A program made the translations under genes and the position numbers. From assembly GCF_964355755.1 (NCBI RefSeq), contig NC_092675.1:25826912-25890911 (forward strand): a DNA stretch of 64,000 nt, written 5' to 3'. Each line of letters opens with the position of its first letter. Positions within the stretch are counted from its first letter, which is position 1. Positions 55,601-64,000 of the stretch are shown here, in pieces. Below the pieces are notes generated by a model, which worked only from the letters and a program-made list of their open reading frames with translations, made no database searches and was not told the DNA's origin. Source of the stretch: Antedon mediterranea. Its lineage: Eukaryota; Animalia; Echinodermata.

Positions 55601-58600
55601 AAAAGTCTCTTCATGATGATCAAATACACTTATAAAGTTCACATCCAGAAAGATCTAATGAATATGCATTACAATCATCTGAATATTCACCTACTGCTTA
55701 ATGAATAAATTAAAAACATGCAAATAATATAGTCCAATTGAGATACTTCTGATGTTGAATAGCTTGAGCAGTAGGATTTGAATATTCAAAAAGATAATGA
55801 TGTAATTTGCATATACAACAGTTCAGCATGGAAGATAGAGGCAGATGCCAACTTTGGAGATCTCCATGGTAATACACATAAAACAAATACAGTTCATGAA
55901 CATATTTTCCAATAAAAAAATGTCAACGTCCTTCACTACCTCTACTATCTCTTTTATAAAACCACCGGAAAAAGGGTATAGTTGATCCACGACTGGTGTG
56001 ACTGTCAAACAGCGCCACCTTCCCACCTTTACGATGATAGTAATATATTTGCATTTGGCAGTCCTTTTGTATTGGCTAGTTAAAAACCTGGGTTAGATTA
56101 ACAACAGCAACAAGGGAAATGCAGAATAGTGACAAATAATGCACTCGGTAAATTATGTAAAGTCCGGTTTTGAAATTGGGTGAAGTCCGGTTTTGAAATT
56201 GGGTGAAGTCCGGTTTTTGAAAATTGGGCGAAGTCCGGTTTTCCTTTTCCGGATAATGGAGCTATGTTGATCTCCACACGAGCTCAACTAGAGGTATTGC
56301 GCACAAGTTGGAACCGGAGGAGGCTCAAGAACACGCCTGAACAAGCATTTCGGCACGAAGGACCGTAGAAGCTCGATTTTGGCTGGGGAAGGTTTATGAA
56401 ACATGATAATTAATACACAAAGTTGTCTAATGAATGCATGCAGAAATAGATAACGTCCCTACATTCTCTCCAAGGATTGATAATTTAGAAAAAAACAGAG
56501 TTTTGTTACTCTGGAAAAGGATAGCCTTTAAGTTATTAATTAAAAAATTAATGTATTGGCCCTTTAAACTTGTTTTTACAATTGTATCCAATTTCTGCAG
56601 CAAATAATTTTGAATAAACATAAATACTATTAACCATTTCAAGGTTCCTACCATATGGGATTTTAAATATGAGGAATTCGCAATATTATATTAATAAAAC
56701 ATTGAAAATGTTTCAGTAACCAGCTGTAATTATCCCCGAGTTCCAATATCCTGCGACAATGTAAATTCAAAATGCTACAACTGAAATATATCAAACCACA
56801 AAAATATATTCCATGAAATCCATACAAGTAGTCTAACCTCATTGAATCACGTGAAGTTCGACTGCCACCACCACCTCGAGAGCCTTCATCTCGCCTTCGT
56901 CTTCGTGCATCGCGCAAAATCTCCACAATGTCAATGTGTGGATCCATTGGAAACAAGCGGCAGAGTTCTTCACCAACACATGGTTCAATTTCCTGTCAGA
57001 AAGCAACACTATTATGCTTTTTTTTTTTTTTGCCAAACCAAATGATTTATTTGGTTTTGATTACATGGCAGTTTAAAAAAAAATTATTAGAATTGTTTGT
57101 AATGCAATTCTGGCGACTTTTGAAAATGCTATTTATAAACTATTTTATGGAAAAAATCGGAGCACTACTGAACCTTTCTTTTCATGAACTTTAGTTCAGT
57201 TGGTGTATTGTTATATGTAGGATAAATTTACCTGACCATCACGGCCTATCTTCACTGGCTTTGCGTCATTCCATGGGTTGTATAAATGCTGAGTTTTGGT
57301 AAATGATACTTCTTGCCTAAACAAAGATGAGGAAAATTAGTATTCTTAAAATTTTGTATCAAAAATGAACATGGGGACAGTAATAATAATTATTGCTGAA
57401 AATGTATTCCTAACACACTGTAGCCCATTTACACTAGGACGATAACGATCGACGATAAATAAACAAATATGCATTGTTCATACATAAAACATAAGAAATC
57501 TAAAACGTTTTTATTCTAGAACTATTTAGGAACCATCTATACTTTCTTCGATGATATTTTCATGATTAGTAATAACAATAATATCGTAACACTACAAACA
57601 TTTTTTTGTTTTATTGATCATGACGTCATTTGATTGGATTTTTAAAAATATTATTTTTATCAAAGACAGACAAAAACCTTTCTAAATTATTTTGTTTTAT
57701 GTAAGACAAATGCATGTCCTAGTGTAAATGGGCCTCAACAGAAATGATATACCTTGTGATCCAGTCTAGTTCAAAAGTGCCTCCCAAAGCTGCACGACTC
57801 AAGCCTGTAGGTAACACCCAATTTACAAGTGGTCCTTCTCGCATAGGAGGTGTTCGCATACGTGCATAGCCTTGGAATTTACCACTTTCTTTCACAGAGA
57901 ATACCAACACAACGTGACGACAGGACATGTAAGCATCACCAAGCTTGTTTTCATTGATGGGCGGTGTAGCCCATACACCCTAACAAAAAAAAGTTATGTA
58001 ATTTCATTTATTATTTATTATAGGTTATTAAAGTCAAAGAAGAATATATATTCAGAAATATTACTCTGAATCTTTTAATCATTAAACATTTCATTTACAT
58101 TAAAAGTTAATTAAACATTTCATTTACATTAAAATATAACATTCCAATTATAATTAAGAAACAGTAAAAAGAAAAAAACTATTACTTTTGCTTTAGCCAG
58201 AGCAACATTTTCATGATTGTTACTTTTGATTAAGAAATAGCGAGCACCACGAAACAAATATTTTAACTTTGATTGCTGATCTGAAAAACAAACAAGAAAA
58301 CATTAGAATTACAACAAACTTGTTAAACTGAAAATAAACCATGCTGCAATCATAATTTTAAAATATATTGGAAGCCAAATACTCTGGTCAATGAATGCAC
58401 TGTATAATATAATATGGGATTAAGGATGTAGCCAATCAGATGCACTGAAATAAGTCACGTGTACGGTCTATCATGCACTAGAGTGCAAAAAACAGCACCC
58501 TGCGTGTAAATCGTATGGCAGATTATGGATCGAGCTAGGCCGAAAATGACAAACCCGGATGTGCCTCGTGCATGTCACACCATTGTAAAAACCTTCAAGT

Positions 58601-61600
58601 AAATACCCTCTAATGTACTCCGACTAGTGCGTTATTTTTTATATTAATACAAAGGTACACATGGTAAGGATGTGTGGCGCAGTGTGTTGGATGTTGGACT
58701 ACTGCTTGTGAGATCGCAGTTTGAATCCAACTGTGCCGCATTGCTTGTATGCTTTGCAAGATACTTTACTTACTTTGCCTCTCTCCACCCAGGTGTATAA
58801 ATGGGTACCTGGTTAGATCAAGACACAACTTTGCACTGATTACTAGCTGCATTATGGAAGTATGTTTCCATACATGTTTGATGCAAAAAAATGACCAGGG
58901 TAATAATGTTCAGCGCAAAACCGGATATTATTATTATTATTATTAAATTCACAAGTTGACCACATACCTTCTATATTCTTATTTCGTCGATCATTCTCGT
59001 AGACAATAGGCGAGATACGTTTACGTCGGTGACCATGATGTCCATCCGATTCGTCACTTTCTAAAGATCCGGTACCATCACTTGAGCTAGCTTCGCTACG
59101 AGTGTCGAAGCCATCATAATCCTGATTGTCATTATCTTCTTCTCTGGTCGATGTTTGTAAATCATTTTCTTCATAAGCTACCTCGTCCAATTCATGTTCT
59201 TGACCATCTTCGTCATCATCATCTTCTACAAGAAGGAAGAATATTGTTAGGAAGACTTGTACTGCCTTAACAATTCAAATTTGTCAGAAATCTAGGTATT
59301 CTAATCTATAGTTGTATCTATAGTACTAACCTGGTTCATGATCATCTATTTCAATCACTTCTGGTTCTGGCTCCTGTACATAATAAAACAGATGTAAATT
59401 GTTTATGTTTTTGCTTTGGCTCTTTTTTCGAAAATATTTCTTTTCATACTACAGTATTCAATAATAATATTAAGAAAAAAAATTTACCTTTTCAATGATA
59501 ATTTTTTTTTTCTGTCATAGGAGAAGATAATCCCAACATAGAAATAAACAAAAAATCACAAATATTATCAAACTAATTATTGAAAACATAATTATTAATC
59601 TGTATTATTATTATTAATAGAGAGTTTTCGCAATCTTACGAATACGATAACGAAAACGGATACGTCACGCACACGTATTCGTTTTCGTAAGCCATAAAAA
59701 AATCTGTTTCGCATGGCAACGAAATATTGAGGCGCATTGAAAATATGACTGCGGTAAATTTGAGCAAAGCGCAGGTATGTGTTACTTGGTGCTTGGCTGC
59801 CTAGGCCTAGTGTAACATCAAAGCGAGTGAGGACTTTAAAAACTGCTATTTATCAAAATTGACTTGGCATTTTAGTAAATTACTTTAGTAATAGTAAATT
59901 ACTTTCAATAAATCTATAATTATATTATAATCATGAATCATTCCTGATTCAAATGCAAAATGTGCAAAATAGATCAAAATCTATACTCGTTTTGTAGTTA
60001 CGAATATGACTGGTGATATTCGTCAAAACACGAATACGCTTTACGAATATGAAATGGGGATCAGCTCAAAAGTTTCACAAATGTATGACGAATCCGTTTT
60101 CGTTATCGTATTCGTAAGGTTGCGAAACCTCTCTATTGACTTAATCCTTCAAGAGGAAGTAACACATTATTGTTTCAGTCAGTATGTTTATTTTATGGAG
60201 ACATTTGATGGCATTTAAATACATGTACAGTATAAATGTTAGGGAAAACTTTGGTCTACAGTACAGTGGTACTTGATTTCATTAAAAAAATAATACAGGA
60301 AGTATATAAAATAATGATGCTATATATCTTACAAGTGCCTGGATTTAGGAGATACAAATAAAATATGTAAAACAATAAGTAAAGCAGTCAGAAAGAAGTG
60401 CCTAGCTTTCAGGGAAACCACATTCCTTTGTCAGGGCTTTTATTTATGTTTGTATTAGTCATTTATTTGAAATAAACAAAAATCCAGGAAATAGCTCAAA
60501 TAATGGATTCAAAATCTAAGCAAACCTTTGTAACGTCATCACTTTTGTATTTCTTGGAACTTTTCTTCTTAGGCGACTTCATTTTTTCTTTCTTTTCAGG
60601 TTGTTCATTAACTACACTCTCCTCTGCATTCTCTTGGTTAGTGGATTCAGAGTTCATCTCCTTTTTTTTCTTTGCGGGTGAACCTTCATTTTTGGTTGTG
60701 TCAGATAGTGCTTTCTTTTTAACCACCTTCTTTTTTGTGTTTGTTACTTTTCCATTTGCTTTGTTTCAAAAATGGAAAATAAATTGTTATTCCCATTTAA
60801 ATGATAATGAGATTATGAGAGAGAGCTTATCCAGTTTAAAACTGTTTTATAATAACCCAATTTTTACTGGTTATCAGAATGTTTAAAATGATTAATAAAT
60901 GTGTACATTTTTTTATGAATTTTTTGGTGAATACCTTAAATTAGCCTAAAGTTAAAAATCTTAATTCCAATACTGTATGCAAATCAGACAAAATATGTAT
61001 AAAAACTAACCAGTATTTTTCTTCTCAGATTTCGCATCAGTTGAAGCTTTTGGCGAGTTTGTCCCAACATCTTTTGGAGGAGATGGTTTCGTAGTTTTGT
61101 TGGCTTTGCTGCCAGTTTTAGATTTTGCTTTAGGTTTAATTGTTTTTTTAACTATAACTGTTTGGGGAAAAAAGACATGTTTCATGTATTTTAGCTGCAC
61201 TATTATTTTGTTTGTGTGTGGTGTGGGATATAGTTATACATAAAATTGCATACATATATTGTGCTACCGTTGTGGCTGCTGTAAAATTCAATTGTCGCAT
61301 CAGCAATTTAAAGATTGAGTTTTTTATAATTTCTAAGTTTTGCAACCCATAGTTTTTGGAACGTTGACCTAGAACATCATTACATCCTCATTCTCACTCC
61401 TGAGGACGATCAAAGCATATTGATCGAAACGTCGAGAAACTCAACAGTTCTTTTCAGAACTAATACACGTGGTGTACCACAAACTTTATATCAACATTTG
61501 ATTTTGTCATGCAAACCTTCAAACAATATAGAACATTTAGAAACAAACTATTTTGTCAAATTAAATGTCATCAATCAAACTTAACTTAATTTTAAATGTT

Positions 61601-62219
61601 AGGTTACTGTACCTTTGTGCTCGCCTGAAGGTGCAATTGAAGTGTCAATTTCATCAGCAAAATCATCATCTACAGGAGCTAGAAAGTCTGTCATCAGATG
61701 AACCACATCCCCACCTATAACATAAACCAAAAAATAAATTATTTCAAAGCCAGTGAACCAGCCAGACAGGCCCTATAGTGAGTGCAAGCAACATGAAATA
61801 ATTATTGATATTATTTAATAAATGACTGTTATTGTTAATATGAATCATCCACACAGCATTGATGATTTCTTTTTTTACTATTTTATTATATTTGTGCCAC
61901 AAAACTACACTGACTGCTGTGCGAGTAGGCATGTATCAAGTTTACTATCGGCACGATACATTGGTCCCTACTTACTGCAGCACCACCCAACACAACAGAG
62001 AGAGAGAAGCACACGCATAGACAACGCACGTCTCGGCTAGAATTCACAGGAGGCCTAGCATAGCCCTCTAGACACTAGAGACTAGGCCTAGGCTAGGCCT
62101 ACTACTACTACTAGCCTGCTAGGCCTAGCTAGGCCTAGTAGGCTAGATAGCTTCACCGATAAAGTTCCTTTAATTCTATAACAGTATTACTCACCTTGAT
62201 CACTATCTTGATCGGACAT
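43682..62219 (-). CDS. YTHDC1: YTH domain-containing protein 1 (nuclear m6A reader), 17 coding exons, ~650 aa. Exons in minus-strand order: 62219-62195, 61714-61613, 61157-61011, 60758-60526, 59511-59488, 59373-59331, 59225-58968, 58280-58186, 57979-57753, 57316-57232, 56992-56838, 52028-51967, 51395-51374, 50841-50793, 49341-49258, 48290-48069, 43801-43682
   Basis: All junctions are GT-AG with matching phases; total 1953 nt from ATG to TAG. The YTH domain reads [45 protein letters not shown]...[16 protein letters not shown]...[73 protein letters not shown]1-type motifs [19 protein letters not shown] and [10 protein letters not shown] are present, with an acidic N-terminal region, Pro-rich and RD/RS-rich C-terminus ending RGHRRR*. 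Confidence 0.96.
44750..45150. repeat. Tc1/mariner(pogo)-like MITE remnant whose interior has expanded into a ~69-bp tandem repeat (~3 units); related relics at ~6682-6822, ~7551, ~35712-35896, ~46160-46263, ~48577 and ~53700-53780
   Basis: Starts CAGTAGAACC. Units GTGTCCCCTTAGGGATGTCCCTTGAATAGGGGTTTGCAGTAGTGTTGAAACAC begin at 44988, 45057 and 45127. The motif GTGTCCCCT..ATAGGGG is shared with the other loci. Confidence 0.55.
45270..46095 (+). mobile_element. Highly degraded CR1-group LINE remnant
   Basis: Remnants IALSET (endonuclease-like, ~45341) and [19 protein letters not shown] (C-terminal), with AATAAA and a (GAAT)n tail at 46070-46095. Confidence 0.5.
46964..47565. mobile_element. 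Probable non-autonomous TIR element
   Basis: Inverted pair AAATCGGACATAA (46969) / TTATGTCCGATTT (47546) about 590 bp apart; termini and TSD not resolved. Confidence 0.45.
50190..50500. repeat. ~19-bp degenerate minisatellite (TGGGGAAAGAGCTCTAGAC) in YTHDC1 intron 14
   Basis: GAGC landmarks at 50287, 50306 and 50325, with further degenerate units on both sides. Confidence 0.85.
52812..53047 (-). mobile_element. tRNA-derived SINE with an 11-bp target-site duplication, in YTHDC1 intron 11
   Basis: Minus strand has A box TAGCCGAGTGG, B box GGTTCAATGCC and central motif CACTCAGCTGTAAAATGAGTACCTGG. TSD TGTTAATAAGT at 52801-52811 and 53048-53058. Confidence 0.88.
53821..55115 (+). mobile_element. 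Non-autonomous Helitron (~1.3 kb) in YTHDC1 intron 11
   Basis: 5' A|TCTATATATA and 3' hairpin CTAGATGGTACGCGAGCGAAGCGAGCGTGCCATCTAG|T: TC...CTAG termini in an A|T target with no TSD. The 5' boundary is less certain than the 3'. Confidence 0.65.
56160..56244. repeat. 23-bp tandem repeat, ~3.5 units (AAGTCCGGTTTTGAAATTGGGTG)
   Basis: AGTCCGGTTT at 56161, 56184, 56207 and 56232. Confidence 0.9.
58668..58945 (+). mobile_element. Degenerate tRNA-derived SINE with LINE-type (TTA)n tail
   Basis: A box TGGCGCAGTG, B-box-like GTTTGAATCC, core CTCCACCCAGGTGTATAAATGGGTACCTGG, (TTA)n tail. Confidence 0.75.
59616..60137. mobile_element. MITE with ~50-bp TIRs in YTHDC1 intron 4
   Basis: AATAGAGAGTTTTCGCAATCTTACGAATACGATAACGAAAACGGAT versus ATCCGTTTTCGTTATCGTATTCGTAAGGTTGCGAAACCTCTCTATT. 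Confidence 0.85.
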
Positions 62220-62229
62220 TTTTATTTAA

Positions 62230-62520
62230 TCAATAAAAACCTTAATTTAAGTTTAATAACATCTACTCATTTATGCGGTAAATGTAGGAATTTAATTAAA
62301 AAACAACCACTCTCCAGTTAAAAAAAGAAACACACACTAAACAACAATGGCGAATTTGCCAGATGCAGCGCCCCCAACCCCAATAGGATAAAATCTCTGC
62401 CATTGGTTCTCCGAAACCACCTGACTTCACGCTAAGCGACAACAAACATTAACCACCGTGTTCGGCTGCTGCTGCGAGCTAGTGTCGCGGGTCTAGTTAG
62501 TGGGCCTAGGTTAAGCCTCT
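62230..62520. promoter_or_regulatory. Probable (bidirectional) promoter of YTHDC1 and the right-edge gene
   Basis: CpG-enriched patch just upstream of the YTHDC1 ATG, with a YY1-like AATGGCG (62346), CCAAT/ATTGG boxes (62380, 62402) and flanking TAGGCCTA clusters. Confidence 0.55.
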
Positions 62521-63339
62521 CTATTTATAATATGCTAAAAGTGTTGTTAACATTATGAAATTAAATTTTCAATCGTTACTACCTCCCTTTGTTATATATG
62601 TTTTACTCTACCATACTAGATGTACTGATGTAAACTATAATGGTATGTTAAAAAGTTTTAGTTAGGCCTAGGCTAGGGCCAGGCCTATTCTCTATTTATT
62701 TAGGCCTAGGCTAGGCCCTAGGCCTATAGGCCTAACTTTAACTAGTTTAGAGGCCTAGCCTATATAGGCCTAGCTAGGCTATATAAGACCTAGCCTAGCC
62801 TAGGCATAAAGGGGAAATACTAAATAGTAAAGAGATTGCTAGTCTCTTGGTTTAGTTCCTTAACTACGATAAAAGACTACAACGTAAAATACTCACCATT
62901 GTAATAGTCTTTGTATGATAATAATAAGTGAGTAGTAATAATATAGGTTTGGTTTCCGTCGTCGACTTCTCAAGTGTCCCTAACATACTTGACATTCCAA
63001 GATACGCACGGCGGAGCGCGTCCAGGTGTTTAGAACGACGCGATCCGCTTAAGCATCTGTGTAGCGGCACTACAATAGGCTAGCTAGTAGTAGGTAGGTG
63101 GTAGGCCCCCCAGTACTGTAGTTGTAGTAGTGGTAAAGTAGGCCTAGTGGTAGTGTACTAGACTAGTAACTAGCCAAATGCCTTTTTTAGCTAGGCCTAA
63201 CCTAGGTAGGCATAGGCCTAGCCTATTCGGATTTCGATCCTCCTCCCTGGCTGGAGTATGTATTATGATGATTCTATTAAACTCACCATGAATGTATTTG
63301 ATGTTTGTAATTATTACTAAATACTATTCTTATTTATAG

Positions 63340-64000
63340 ATGAAACAGAAGGATTATTACTTAATGAGAAAAAACAGCAAGCTACAATTTTAAACCTCCA
63401 TCCAAAAAATTCTTCAAATTCCGGATTAGATCTTAAGTCGTCTGCGAATGTATTACTCCAAACTGAGAACTTGCAAGCACCGAGAGAGCCAATCAAAACA
63501 GCAAACCATTTTTTAAAACCCTTTCAACCAATCACATTGAAATTTAATGTCAAGAGAGCGTCACATGAACCAGTCTGTGTGTTATATACTAATAATAACG
63601 GTAAACAACAATTGAATAACTTCATAAATTTTTTTATAAATTATACATGTTTTAAGTAAAGTAAAGCATATAAGCTTTGATACACAAAATTTACTAGAGG
63701 ATGCACTCGCTATGCTGACTTAAATTCTGAATATGTCCAATCATTTGTTTTTTTTTTCTTTTTAGAATCAAGTCTTGATTTCGAAAAGAAGATTTACAAA
63801 TTCTGGAAAACTCTAGAAAATGATTTTCATTGTAGAACGTGGCAAATTGGATTTATTGACACAGTTAGTTTTTTAAATATTATAAATTAATTTGTTCTGA
63901 AAAGTATGCTTCCAGTGTAAATAATAAAAAGAAATAATAAAAACTATTCCTTTTTTTTTTATAAATAGACACGTCAGGATTTATCAAGCATTACATTGCC
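63340..64000 (+). CDS. Internal exons (63340-63600, 63766-63863, 63969->edge) of an unidentified gene divergent from YTHDC1; start exon not located
   Basis: Three consecutive phase-compatible exons with good polypyrimidine-AG acceptors and GT donors, translating without stops: ..ETEGLLLNEKKQQ..PVCVLYTNNN|ESSLDFEKKIYKFWKTLENDFHCRTWQIGFIDT|TRQDLSSITLP. Confidence 0.65.

Noticed and set aside
60503-60886. 127-aa hydrophobic plus-strand ORF
   Set aside because: Antisense of the Lys/Glu-rich YTHDC1 exon 4.
62864-63070. Minus-strand 68-aa ORF and ATG|GTGAGT donors at 62897 and ~63287 as upstream YTHDC1 exons
   Set aside because: The open frame ends in phase 0, whereas YTHDC1 exon 2 needs phase 1, and the phase-1 frame has no ATG after its last stop. 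They could be non-coding exons, but this is unsupported.

Overview
AT-rich, intron-rich animal genomic DNA (probably a marine invertebrate; this is an inference from gene architecture and repeat content). It is not prokaryotic, and almost all of the short ORFs supplied are spurious. Exons were assembled by hand from GT-AG splice sites with consistent reading phase. (1) A complete 17-coding-exon YTHDC1 (nuclear m6A reader, ~650 aa) on the minus strand, 62219->43682. (2) A complete 6-exon PLEKHJ1-like PH-domain gene (~370 aa, long charged C-terminal tail) on the plus strand, 30297->40675, tail-to-tail with YTHDC1. (3) The 5' part of a probable minus-strand signal-peptide gene (exons 21817-21761 and 601-499, ~21 kb first intron) running off the left edge. 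(4) Internal exons of an unidentified plus-strand gene divergent from YTHDC1, running off the right edge. Introns and intergenic DNA hold LINE fragments (RTE, L2/Crack-like), tRNA-SINEs, Harbinger/Kolobok-like MITEs, a non-autonomous Helitron, DINE-1/HINE-like elements and minisatellites. The most notable observation is in YTHDC1 intron 11: a GGACU-dense segment, including a 23-bp tandem array with one GGACU per unit, lies next to a candidate stop-introducing exon or alternative donor. This suggests an m6A-sensing autoregulatory splicing switch. A promoter-like island in the last YTHDC1 intron could also produce a short isoform.
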